From Mobula hypostoma (taxonomy: Eukaryota): DNA of 64,000 nucleotides. Below, piece by piece: positions 49,546-61,941 of this stretch. Below the pieces are notes generated by a model that had not been told where the DNA came from, searched no databases, and saw only the letters and a program-made list of their open reading frames with translations. Location of the stretch: positions 148,058,001 through 148,122,000 of the forward strand of contig NC_086097.1 of the NCBI RefSeq assembly GCF_963921235.1. Reading direction: 5' to 3'. Within the stretch, counting starts at the first letter, position 1. Each line of letters opens with the position of its first letter. Made by a program: the position numbers and the translations under genes.

Positions 49546-52500
49546 AAGAAAGTATGTTAATTATTCTGTAGCTGGACTGTACTGTTCCTGATCCTCAGAG
49601 TATTTACTGCTAATACTAGATGATGCAAGTAATGATATCTATTACTCTGAAGGGCTAGAAAATTTATCTGAGGAAGATAAGTAAGTTATACAAATTGATT
49701 GAATGTAATGAATTCTATTTTATTTCCAAAATAATACAGGAGTTCACTTTTACATTTGTTTCAGAATTTCTGAGGGGAACATCTGCAAAGTGAGTGTGAG
49801 GAATTAGAGACCTGTCTACTGAATGATCAGTTGCTGGGATGGAGAACCTTACTAGCCACTGCTACTCCTTATGGGCCAGCATTTGTTTTCAATATGGTCT
49901 TTGCTTTGGCAACTGTACTGTTGATCATTTATAAATAACACTGTTGATGATATTTCAGTTAGGGTTAACTCTCCCTTTCCCTGCTACTCTAGCCTCCTCT
50001 CCTTCCTTCCTTCCCTTTTCCTACTGCTCTTGCTTATGGAGTCTAACCCTGTGCTGAAGTATCCTCAGTCAGCAGAACATTAGTGATCAGCGATTTTCCC
50101 TTTCAACTCTACATTGAGCTGTGGCATTAAGTGCTGAGTATGAGACAATTCTTCATTAATTTAGCCAGTGCATGTTTTGGTCACTGATAACAAATAATCT
50201 GTACACTTCTGCAGCTAACACTAAATTAAAGAGCAAAGCTGCATGGATAAGAGAGTGACACCTAGGGAGAATGCAAAACATAGGACAAATCAATAGACCC
50301 ATTCGGCTCTTGCCAGTGGCTGGGATTATTGTTCACATTGTTCTATCATCAGATTGTGAAGACACAAATGTTGTTGATGTTCTGGATTCACTTTTGATTT
50401 GTACTGTATCTAAGTTCTAGGGCAAGGTAGAAGCGAATCCCTCCTTCAACCCTATGGCAAGCAGCTGGAAGTAGATCCAGCAGGAACGGTCAATCCAAAA
50501 TGGCAGGTGTTCATGAAGATGTTGGTTTGTGTAAATTGGGAAAAAAAGAACTATTCTCAGATAAAAATTGAACAGAATTTTTATGAATGGTATTTCTCCT
50601 TTCCTTCGATTTCTTTTTCTGAGGATTACAGCACCCAAGAACTATGTGCCATTATTCTGTATCCGATTCCTTGGCATAAGAAATGAGAAGGAACATACAT
50701 GAAGGTTGAATTGATTGTCTTCCGTGGAAGAGTGCAAATGAAATGGGTAGATTCCTGCTATTATTGGTAAACTGGGAGTAATGGGTTGGGCTGTACTGGT
50801 TGGGCCAACTCCATAGAAATGACAGCCAAATTACTTCTCATACTCTATTTATAAGCCCGTTTTCCAGTTTTTACCTAATAGATAATTCCCAGAAAAGACT
50901 GTTAAAATGGGAACAAGCCTGCCCATCATTCAATGAAATAATAAATCTAATTAGGATCTGAGGAAAGCTATCAATCTGAAACATAAACTCCATTTCTTTC
51001 TCCCCAGATGCTGACTGCCTTTTCTTGTATTTTTTGTTTTAATTTCAGGTTACCTGTATCTGCAGTTTTATTTTATAGCAAATCAAGCTTAGGAGCTTGA
51101 TTAAATTAAACATTTAATTAAGAAACATAATAAATTTATTGAAAACCATTAACTGAATCTTGCTTCCTCAGAGCTGATAGAAATGAACTATCTAGTTTCT
51201 TTCTATATGACACTTTGAATAAAATTTATTTGTGAATGTTTTATCAACAACCATTAGGATTAACCATTAGGGGTTAACAAAACCAATCAGATTGCCCTTT
51301 CCCATGGAAATCATTTTTAATGGACAATGGCTCAAATACTCGGATGCACTTGTTAAAATTGAGGGAGGTAGGAGTCAGAAGGAAATCAGACAGAAGCAAT
51401 AGATATGGAATTTCATGGGAGGCTATTGAAGCAGATGGCATAAATGGATTTTGTATATAATTAAATGTGTTTGCAGAGAGTGAAGAATTGTTGGATGTGG
51501 TGAGCAGATTGATGTGGGGGAAGGGAGTTGGGCTTTGATCTTTCTTACTTGTTAGGTTCGACAACCTTTTCCTTCTGGCAGAAACGTTGCTAGTTATTCA
51601 GAGCTGAATTCTATTGCCCTCTATTTAACTCCCATTCATATATTGAATTATCTATATGATGCTGAAACAGTACACGAAAAGAAGCTTAACCCAAAGCAAG
51701 CTGTTGCAGGTGACTTCATTTGAAAAAAATAATGTTTTGGCTTTTTATTAAGTTGAGAGGATGGTGGTGCAACAAAATTCCATTCATCTCAGTTTGTGTA
51801 ACCTCTGCTACAACACAGCAGTGGCCAGCAACTGCAAAATTCTCCTGCCCAGCCTGGAGGTTGGTTGTTGTCTAACCTTACATCAGAGTCCGTATTTAGC
51901 CCACAAATTAAACTCAGCTCATTGACAGGACTGAAAAGGTAAGTGTTAGTTTGCCCTGACTCTCATTTGCTCCATTTAAAGGCTGTTTAATAGTAGGCGC
52001 AGTAACTCTGGTCTCCAATGGCAGTGCAGTAATTAAAATCACTAATGGCTGATGCACCTAACAGCTGTCAGGGCCTGTAAACAGACAATTTAAAGTAAGT
52101 ACTCCCGGAGGGAGAGAGGGTAAGAAAGTGTAAGTGTGTGAAAGAAACAAAGAGAATAAAATACCGACCAACAAAGGAAATCAGGGACAGAAAGAAGAAA
52201 ATTGGCAGGAGAAACTACTGCAGAGATGGAAAATGACAGAAAGAGAAAATGACAAGTAAGAAAGTATGATTGATAAAGAAAACAGTGGGTAATGTTGTAA
52301 AGTCTTGTAAATGTGTCACAGAGAAGACAGCAGTATAAAATGGACTGAACGGAAGAAGTATACAAATAAATGAGAAAAGAAGAATAGAAATAAAATGAAA
52401 GAACTGGAAGAGCCAGTTATGGAGAAATGCACAAAGAAAGTTGGACAGAGAAAGTCTGAAGAATGATCAATGTACAGTCAAAGTAGGCAATACATGTGTA

Positions 52501-53189
52501 CAAGTAAAAGACAGAGGTGGCGGTTGGGAGAAAAAGAGAGGGAGGGAGAAAATTTAGACTGCACTGATATAAGTATAAAAAGTAAGAGGAGTCAAAGCTG
52601 ATTTCCTTTACAGACAGTGACGAAAACACCATTGTTGACTTCAATGGAAGAATCTGTACTTACATAATAGCTTTGGAAGTATAAAACTGTAACATTTTAC
52701 CATGGCTTAAGAAAATAAAATTACAACAGCTGATCAAAGTTTGAAGAAAGATAAAAAAAATTAAGGAAGGCCTTTAAAGAGGACAAAAACAGCAGTGAGA
52801 TGGAATGGTTTCAGGAAGAAGTGCTGCAAAAGCCTTTGGAAGGTGGAGTCACAATCATTATTCATGAGGCAAAGGGTAAGCTCCACAGTGGACAGTTGAG
52901 AACAGGTGGTGGCTGCAGGACTGGGGAAGGTCACGGGAATGAAAGGCAATGGACTGACTTGAACAAAAGGCAGTGATTTTATAATTGCATTGCTAGACCT
53001 GACCTAATGTAGGTCAGTGAGCACAGGTCTAATGGGTGAACAGAAGTTGGTCTGAGCAAAAAAGATATTATATTTAGTCCTTCAGATCTACTGTACCATT
53101 CATCAATGCTGATCCGGCAGAAATTAATCTACTTTGGCTTTGAATGAATTCCTGAGTCTCTGCAGGAATCTGGGGTTGAGAATTCCAGA

Positions 53190-53660
53190 AATTTTCAAGG
53201 ATGTTGCCTGGATTGGCGAGAATGCCCTATGAGAATAGGTTGAGTGAAGTCAGCCTTTTCTCCTTGGAACAACAGAGGATGTGAGGTGACCTGTTAGAGG
53301 TGTACAAGGTAATGAGTGGCATTGATCATGTGGATAGTCAGAGGCTTTTCCCCAGGGCTGAAATAGCTAGCATGAGAGGGCATAGTTTTAAGGTGCTTGG
53401 AAGTAGGTACAGAGGAGCTATCAGGGGTAAGTTTTTTACGCAGAGAGTGGTGAGTATGTGGAATGGGCTGCCGGCAGTGGTGGTGGAGGCGGAAACAATA
53501 GAGTCTTTTAAGAGACTCCTGGATCGGTACGTGGAGCTTAAAAAAATAGAGGGTTATGGCTAAGCCTAGGTATTTCTAAGGTAAGAACATGTTCAGCACA
53601 GCTTTGTGGGCCAAAGGGCCTGTATTGTGCTGTAGGTTTTCTATGTTTCTTCTATGTTTC
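53190..53660 (+). mobile_element. CR1 3' fragment (same family as 1365-3390) inserted in an older minus-strand CR1
   Basis: ORF 53300-53563 nearly identical to 1452-1856; ttctatgtttc tail; flanks rejoin as gaattccagaa/agatttaacaccctc. Confidence 0.92.
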
Positions 53661-54141
53661 TGAAGATTTAACACCCTCTTTGCCTGAACAAATTCCTCCT
53701 CATTTCAGTACAGAAGACCTACCAAGTATTCTGATACCATGGCCACTAGTTTGAGATTTCTCATTCAGAGGAAGCATCGTCCCGTATTCAGCCAGTTGAA
53801 CCCTGCAAGTATTTTGCATACTTTGGAAAGGTCTTCTCTAATTTTTCTAAATCCTAGAAAAAAATTGAGCCAGTCTACTCAATCTCCCATCAGATAGCAA
53901 ACCTGGTCTCCCTGGTACTGGTCTGGTGAAGCATTGCTATATTCCCTGTATGGTAAGGGTGTTTCTGTTTGGGTAAGGAGATGAAAATTGTATGCAACAC
54001 TCTCAGAAACCATGGCAGCACCTCTATTTTCATGAATGTTGACATAGATTTTGGCATGACACCAAAAATTGCTTATCCTTCAGGTAAGATGGTGGTGAGC
54101 TTGGTGATGGCAGCCTCTCCAAGCCCAAGAAATGGTGCAAA

Positions 54142-54240
54142 GGCCCGAAACGTCGACTGTACCTCTTCCTAGAGATGCTGCCTGGCCTGCAGCAACTTTG
54201 ATGTGTGTTGCTTGAAATTCCAGCATCTGCAGATTTCTTC
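54142..54240 (+). repeat. Truncated young PLE terminal repeat (3' half of hammerhead)
   Basis: ggcccGAAACGTCgactgtacctcttcctagagatgctgcc, near-identical to 10204-10250 but with palindromic ACGT. Confidence 0.85.
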
Positions 54241-54612
54241 CTGTTAAGGTTTATCTTAACCACTTTTCTTGTGATTGCAAGAACCTGCTTGACATTGGTA
54301 TTATAACACTGCAAGTCCGGTTCATTGGATCATTGATGCGACTGGTAGCAAGGGAGCTGCAAGGCCTTGGTTGTTCACCAGGCCCTCATCCTGTGGCATT
54401 GCATATTACAACCACCCAGGGGAGAAGCGCCAGAGGTGGTGTGGGAGAGAACAGGGGCACAGCAAGCACATTGGAATCCATGCCTTTCCCATTGGTGCTG
54501 CTCTCCGGTATTCACTCCATGGAAAACAAGCTGGATTGCCTTTGTCTGCGGCTGACCCAGTGCAAGATGAGGGACTGCTCTGTGCTTATTGTTCGGAAAT
54601 GTGGCTGTAGAA

Positions 54613-54672
54613 CAGTGGTAGCCTTCAGTTAATGGGAAGGGTCTATGGCATAAAAAAAAGTTGGAACCCCTG
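54613..54672. mobile_element. 60-bp Charlie-type MITE remnant in a Rex/Babar endonuclease fragment (about 54330-54690)
   Basis: CAGTGGT...aaaaagttggaacccCTG with imperfect TSD ctgtagaa/ctctagga; host reads HSMENKLD...SEMWL. Confidence 0.55.
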
Positions 54673-55371
54673 CTCTAGGACAACATCCCATGCACCATCA
54701 ATCTTCAGACCATCTCACTCAGGCACTTGTGTTAATATTAGTTTGTGACTGTGTGTGCTATCATAATTATATGTCCTATTTGCTTGTATGTGCTGTGTGT
54801 GACTATATATACTTTGTCTTGCACCTTGGTCCCGGAGGAATAATATTTTGTTTAGCTGTATGCATATGTATGGTTGAATGGCAATTAAACTTGAACTTGA
54901 AGACTTTGTAAAAGTTGTTAAAAAAAAGTATTGGTTGCATCGCAGGCTGGTATGGAAACACCAATGCTCAGGAATAGAAAAGGTCACAGAGAGTGGTGAA
55001 TACAGCTCAGTCCATTACAGGCAAAGTCCTCCACACCACTGAGTACAGTTACATGGAATACTGTCATGGGAAATCAGAATCCATCATCAAAGATCCCCAC
55101 CATCTAGACCATGGCCTCTTCCTGCTACTACCACTGGGCAGGAAATACAGAAGCCTTGGGTCCCACACCACCAGGTTCAGGAACAATTACTACCCCACAA
55201 CTATCAGGCTCCTAAACCAACATAGAATATTTCAATCACCACTACTTTGAAATGATTTTTATAACCTACAGATTCATTTCCAAGGACTCTTTACAACTTA
55301 TGTTGTCCAATATTACTTTTATTTGCATTGTTTGTCTTCTTTTGCACAATGGTTTGCTTGTCAGTTTTTTT

Positions 55372-56050
55372 TTAGATTATGAGAACACTCAGTCCTCGTT
55401 TATTGTCCTTTAGAAATGTATGCATTCATTTAGAAATGACACAATGTTCCTCCAGAGTGATATCACAGAAAAACAGGACAAAGCAAAGACCAACACTGAC
55501 AGAACCACATAATTATAACATATAGTTAGAGTCGTGCAAAGCAATACCATAATTTGATGAAGAGCAGACCATGGGCATGGTAAAAAAAGGTGTCAAAGTC
55601 CCGATCGACTCCCGAGTCCCCGACAGCAGGTGGCAAAAGGGAGAAACTCTCTGCCATAAAACTCTAGGCACCGACAACTACCGATGCATTGGAAGCACCC
55701 GACAACAGCCGACACTGAGTCCATCCATCCGAAAACTTCGAGCCTCCGACCAGCCCCTCCGATACAGCCTACTGAGCGCCATCCTCTGCCGAGCACCTTC
55801 GACCTTGCCCCGGCCACCAAAACAAGCAAAGCCGAGGGTTTGGGGCCTCCTTCTCCGGAGATTCCGGATCAGACAGTAGCAGTGGCAGCGAAGCGGGCTT
55901 TTCAGAAGTTTCTCCAGATGTTCCTCCGTACTCTCATGTCTGTCTCCATCAAATCAGAATTGTGCATGGTCCCCTACTTGACAGATTACAGATATCATTC
56001 ACCGGAGTGGCCGCGCGCACTGCGTCGCACCGCCATCTTCTCATCCTCCT
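55372..56050 (-). mobile_element. Young non-coding retroelement (about 680 bp) inserted in a + strand Rex/Babar 3' fragment (54925-56190)
   Basis: Minus-strand 5' end ggaggatgagAAGATGGCGgtgcgacg, CpG-rich body, 3' end with AATAAA and an A-rich tail; the host UTR resumes at about 56052. Confidence 0.7.
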
Positions 56051-57138
56051 CAATGTACAGCTTTTCATAAGTTCAGTTGTGTTGCTTTTTTTTCCCTGTA
56101 GATGCCCGCAAGAAAATAAATCTCAAGGTATTACTTGGTAATATATATGTACTTTGATAATAAATTTACTTTGAATTTTGAACTTTGAAAACTGGCTTCA
56201 AGAAGGACCTATGTAACTGCAGTACTTGCACTCATTAAAGTACTTGCTTCAGGATCTTGCATACAAAAACACACAGGTCCCTTTGAACATCAATGTTAAC
56301 CAGTGTCTCACTATTTAAAAAGTAGTCTCTTCTTCCGTTTTTTACGACAAACTGGAAACGCCACAATTTTCCCTATTGCAGATCACCCGCTACTTCTTTG
56401 CTCTCACAATCGGCAAATCTGTACCCTCCTGAAGTATCTTTACATTCTCTTGCCTATGGAAAAACCCATCCAGCCTTCAATCATCGATATTACATTCACT
56501 CCTCTTAGCCAAATCATGAGTAGTTGGGGCCCAAGAACTAGTTCCTGTGGTAGTAATTTTCATAGCCCGCCAACCTGAGAAAGATTTGTTTTTCCCCCCG
56601 CCCCCCCCCATACTTCCTGTCCAATAACCAATTCTAATTCATGGATGAAATAAAACAAAAAAATCTGGAAACACTCAGCAAGTTACTATTTGTCAGACTC
56701 AGTACGTCCCCATCAATGAGCACATCAATAAGAAGAGTTGTCACAAAAAAGCAGCGTCCATCATCAAGTACTTCCACCATCCAGGCCATGTTCTCTTGTC
56801 ACTGCTACCATCTAGAAGGAGGTACAGGAACTTTAGGTCCCACACAACCAGGTTCAGGAACAGTTGTTGCCCCTCAGCCAATAAGCTCCTGAATTCCATT
56901 TCAACACTGAATGATTCTGCAACCTATGGACCCACTTTCAAGGACTCAACAACTCAAGTTCTCGGCATTATTTATTTATTTGTTTGTTTTTTATTATTAT
57001 CATTTGTAGGTTTTTTGTGTTTGCACATTGGTTGTTTGTCAAACTTTGTGTGTAATTTTCATTGACTTTATGGTACTACTTTGTTCTACGGTGAAAGCCT
57101 GCAAGAAAATTAATCTCAGAATAGTATATGGTGATATA

Positions 57139-58742
57139 CAGTGCCTATAAGTTTTCATGTTTTATTGCTTTACAACATTGAACCACAGTAGATTTAGTTT
57201 TGCTTTTTTGACACTGATCAAAAGAAGAAGACTCTTTAGTGTCGAAGTGAAAACCGAACTCTACAAAGTGATCTAAATTAATTACAAATATAAAACACAA
57301 AATTATTGATTGCACAAGTATTCACCTCCTTCGTCAGTACTTAGTAGATGCACCATGGGCAGCAATTATAGCCTTGGGTCTGTGTGAATAGGTCTCCATT
57401 AGCTTTGCATATCTGGACACTGCATTTTCCCCCATTCTTCTTTACAAAACTGCTCAAGGACTGTCAGTTTGCATGGGGGTCATAAGTGAACAGCCCTTTT
57501 CAAGTCCAGCTACAAATTCTCAATTGGATTGAGGTCTGGACTCTGATTTGGCCATTCCAGGATAATAACTTTATTGTTTTTAAGCCATTTGTGTTGCTTT
57601 GGCTTTATGTTTGGGGTCATTGTCTTGATGGAAAACAAATCTTCTCCCAAGTCACAGTTCTCTTGTAGACTGCATCAGGTTTTACTCCAGGATTTCTCTG
57701 TATTTTGCTGCATTCATTTTACCCTCTACCTTCACAAGCCTTCCAAGGCCTGCCGCAGTGAAGCATCCCCACAGCGTGATGTTGCCACCACCATACTGCA
57801 CAGCAGGGGTGCCGTGTTTTTGGTGATGTGCCAAGAATAGCATTTAGTCTGATGGCTGAAAATCTCAATTTTGGTTTCATCAGACCATAGAACCTTCTTC
57901 CAGCTGACTTCAGAGTCTTCCACATGCCTTCCGGCAAACTCTATCCTAGATTTCATATGAGTTTTTTTTCAATAGTGGCTTTTCTTTGGCACTCTCCCAT
58001 AAAACTGTGACTGGTGAAGCACCTGGACAACAATTGTATGTGCAGTCTGTCGTATCTCAGCCACTGGAGCTTGTAACTCTTCCATAGCTGCTACAGTGCT
58101 CCTGGAGGCCTCCCTCACTAGTCCTCTTCTTGCACAGTTGCTCAGCTTTTGAGGATGGCCTGCCCTAGGCAAATTTACAGCTGTGCCATATTCTTTCCAG
58201 TTCTTGATGATTGACTTAACTGTACTCCAAGGGATATACAGTGACTTGGAAATTTTCATGTATCCATCTCCTGACATGTGCTTTTCAATAACCTTTTCAT
58301 GGAGTTGCTTGGAGTGTTCTTTTCTTCATGTGTAGTTTTTGCCAGGATACTGACTCATCAGCAGTTGGACCTTCCAGCTACAGGTGTATTTTGAGTACAA
58401 TCAATTGAAACTCCTTGACTGCATACGGGTCTCCAAAAACAGATCTCCATTTAACTAATTATGTGACCGCTAACACCAACTGGCTGCACCGGTGATGATT
58501 TGGTGTGTCATATTAAGGGTGGGGGGGGGGGTGGTGAGTACTTATGCAATCAATTATTGTATGGTTTATATTTGTAATTAATTTATATCACTTTGTAGAG
58601 ATCTGTTTTCACTTTGACACAAAAGAGTCTTGTTCTTGTTGATCAGTGTCAAAAAGGGCAAATTAAATCCACTGTGGTTCAATGTTGTAAAACAATAAAA
58701 CATGAAAAGTTCCAAGGGGGTGACTACAGTTTATAGGGACTG
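57139..58742 (-). mobile_element. Full-length (1604 bp) inactive Tc1 transposon, Passport-like, inserted in a Rex/Babar 3' UTR
   Basis: TA TSD (57137-38, 58743-44); ends CAGTGCCTATAA / TTATAGGGACTG; about 200-bp TIRs (57139-57326, 58533-58742); frameshifted transposase from ATG 58329 with GYMKISKSL...STVKSII...LPRAGHPQKL and WKKVLWSDETKIE. Confidence 0.95.
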
Positions 58743-58997
58743 TATACATATTTTGATAATAAATTTACTTTGAACTCTAAGTAAGTCAAACAGCATCTGT
58801 TGAAAGAGAAGCAGGGACAGGTAGCTATGTGTCCTCCACCTTATTTGACCAGCCTCTTGTTTGGAATTTTATCAAAAGCTTTCTGATGGCCCAAAATCAC
58901 CATATCCACTGCTACTTATTTATCTTTTCAATTTAACTCAATGTGATTTTCCTTCCAGAAATCAATGCTGACTCTGAATAATTCTATTATTCTTTTA

Positions 58998-59200
58998 TAA
59001 CATAAGCACGTGAGAAATAGGAGCAGGGGTAGGCTATCTGGTCTGTCGAGCCTGCTCCACCATTCAATAAGATCATGGCTGATTTGACCATGGGCTCATC
59101 TCCCTGCCTTTTCCCCATAACCCTTAATTCCCCTACTGTGCAAAAATCTATCCAACCATGTCTTAAGTATATTTACTGAGGTAGCCTCCCCTGCTTCATT
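58998..59200 (-). mobile_element. CR1 3' terminus
   Basis: aacataag...gaaataggagcagg...gagcctgctccaccattcaataagatcatggctgat, typical of a reversed CR1 end. Confidence 0.75.
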
Positions 59201-60154
59201 TCTGGGTGTTTAGTGGTACCTCCTTTATAGATGTCAGAAGATTTACCAGTGGTGATGTTTGAGTAACAAGTTAGTAGTTCCTTGCTTTACCCCTTACTTT
59301 TTTCTTAAGTAGTTCAGATGTGGGCAGATATTCTCAGACTCATGGCGGAAAGTAAAGAATGAAGGGAAGCACGAGAACTAACTTAACAGCAAGTTCTCTG
59401 TGAGAGAGGAACAAAACATCAGAAACCATAAGGGGAAGAGAGGACAAGAATATGGGGGGGGGAGCAACAGAACAGATTGCTGAATTCGAGAGGGTGAAAG
59501 CAATCTAATCAAAGCAAACTAAAGGTAGAGAGAGGAGAAAGTAAAACAATAAACTGGAAAAAAGGCTCAAATGAGGAAAACTAAAAATAATCAATTATCA
59601 AGAAAAAGATAAAATGACTCATCAGTAGAGTATACCAGGAGAAGGAAATGTATGTAAACAAGTGGGGAAAGGAAATATAAATAAAGGAAAAGGAAATAGT
59701 GCATGGTTGATTGGGAACTTGTCTGTTACCAGTGTGAGTGCTGCAATGGGTTGAGGGAGGGAAGAGGAAGCTCTCTCACTGCTCAGTCCTGTTATCTGCA
59801 CCTGCAGAGATAAGATTTTGGAAAATTAAATAAATCCTAATGAGTGAAGCACAATATGGAGAGCGAGGAATCAACCTTCATTTTACGTCTGATATGTCTT
59901 TAATACAACCGGTAAACTGCTTAGAGCATGCCTTTCGGTTGTTGAACTTACTTCGGTGTAGATTAATTTTATTAAGGGTGAGTCATTTATTCTGAGTAGG
60001 GTAAAGGATTTCAGCTTGATGCCCTGTCTGTGACGATGCAGCTGAAGGAAGGCAGGATGAAAGCTGAAATCATAAAACTGGACAGAACTGGTCAGAACTG
60101 ACTATATTAGTGTAAAACAAGCAGAAAGAGAAAGTAATAAAGAGGCAGAAAGGA

Positions 60155-60352
60155 AATTAAGTACTCTCAAAGTGTTTTCAGTGTTGCAAGAGAAAAAGTA
60201 GTTGATTTGTAAAGCAAGGTCCCACAAATTGCAACTAAATTAATAACCAGATAATCTGCTTTAGTAATGTTTGTTGAGGCATGACTGTTGGCTAGAAGTG
60301 TCTCCCATTGTTGTTGAAATAGTATTATGGGATTTCATCATCACCTCTAAGA
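60155..60352 (-). mobile_element. Deu-domain SINE remnant
   Basis: Minus strand cctcaacaaacattactaaagcagattatctggttatt...tttgtgggaccttgct. Confidence 0.6.
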
Positions 60353-61054
60353 GATTAAGAGAGAATAAAATAATAAAGTTGCTAGCTAGAAATAATAAGA
60401 TATTATTATTCATGTAAATAGCTCTCTATTTTTATTTCTAATGGCAGGACAGTAATATTTTGATTTATGTTATAAAATTCACTTTAATTAAAGGCAGCCT
60501 TTTTGGGTGACATCCCGCAGCCTTCTCAAACCAATTCCTAATTAATACAGATTACTGAATAGGCGCTTCCCAGTCTATACACTGTGCATGTGTTCGTGAG
60601 TAATACTCGGAAAAGAAAAAAGACAGATCTCAAAGATTGCATTTTTAATCGTCATCGTTGAACGATAGGGTACTTTTGCCAGAAACGAATCAAGTTATAA
60701 TTTTATTATATCTTGATTATATTTAGAGATGTAATAAATTGAACTCATAGGAATAAGTTGAATTATTAATTTCAGAGTTGTCTCCTAATTGAGAAAAAAG
60801 GAGTATCATTTTAGAAGGGTCTGGATTAGTTAGTTCGAACATTTCGGTACTCTACCCCTGGAAGCTTCGAATCGACGAAAAATTGCGTCTGCAATCCCCT
60901 TCTCAAGATTTATCCAACTGCAACACTTCATAGCACGATGTAGTCTGTAGTCAACTCAATTTATCAATTTAAACACTGAAGTATACATAATCCAACGAAT
61001 ATTAATTGCACATTATTGCCCCCTCCTCATGTTGCTAAAGGGGAGTAGCTGCTC

Positions 61055-61265
61055 TGGTTTGGTGATTGACAGGGTTGAGAGATAGAGAGATAGATTGATT
61101 GACAGCTCCCCTCCCCATTCTCCGGCGGCGTTCACTATGGTGTAATGCAAATCTCGGCTGAAGGGATTTTTCCATTGGTGAAGGGTGACATCACACACCC
61201 CTTGGTGGGCGTGCCGAGAAGTCAGGTTATATAAAAGGAGGTCGTTGAGCCCTGGGAGCTATTTC
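61055..61265 (+). promoter_or_regulatory. MAFA: MafA core and proximal promoter
   Basis: TATAAAAG (61230-37) and Inr CTATTTC with A at 61261 (31 nt downstream); GGGCGTG (61207-13); CRE-like GTGACATCAC (61185-94); reverse CCAAT (61174-78); octamer ATGCAAAT (61145-52); TGATTGACAG twice (61063-72, 61096-105); CpG-enriched. Confidence 0.8.
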
Positions 61266-61941
61266 ACTCAGGGTTGGGCGAGGAACGGTGTATAATCGTG
61301 CAAAAGCTCTAATTGACACTTCCCATTTAATGCGCGTCCACAGTGGGAGATAAATTATTTATTTATTTGTGTAAGCGGCACATTTGATCCACTCCGCACG
61401 GATGCAAGCACTCCTCTGCCCTTTTATGAGAGAGAAAGAGACACCAACAGTTCACCTTTGAGACTTCGACTGGATCATTACCCGCGCGCTCTATTGAAAC
61501 TTTTTCTCTGACAAGCAGGACAAGAGATTTGCAGAAAAGAAACTTTGCAATCGGAGAGCGAGGAAAAGTGAGTCAGAGGGGGGAGAGGTTACTGCGAAGA
61601 ATTAATTGCAGTTACCGTTTCAGATAAGTGGAGCAAAGCCCTTGAGGAGAAAGAGAAATCAAATCACCGTTCATTTTTTAAAGAAAAGTAATTCTAAGTT
61701 CAATTGCCGCATGTTCAAATAAGAGGCGTCTTATACGGGGTTTTATTTTTTAAAATTTGGATCTTTTGCAGGCAATAGGAAAAGAAACTGGAAGGCGTTT
61801 AACTGGAGAGATTATTTTCAAGACTGGCACGGGTTGTTTGCTCCATCCCAGAACTGGATCGCGGCCCCTTCCCTGCTTCTCTCTGCAACTTGTCGGCGTG
61901 GTCAATTTCCCCCTTCCCTCGCCCAAATATATGAAGTTGCA

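Noticed and set aside
55571..56070. Overlapping 78-128 aa ORFs
   Set aside because: GC-rich interior of a non-coding retroelement; no protein motifs.
61834..61941. 36-aa N-terminal extension in the ORF track
   Set aside because: Starts at TTG and has no Maf similarity; the family N-terminus begins at ATG 61942 in strong context.
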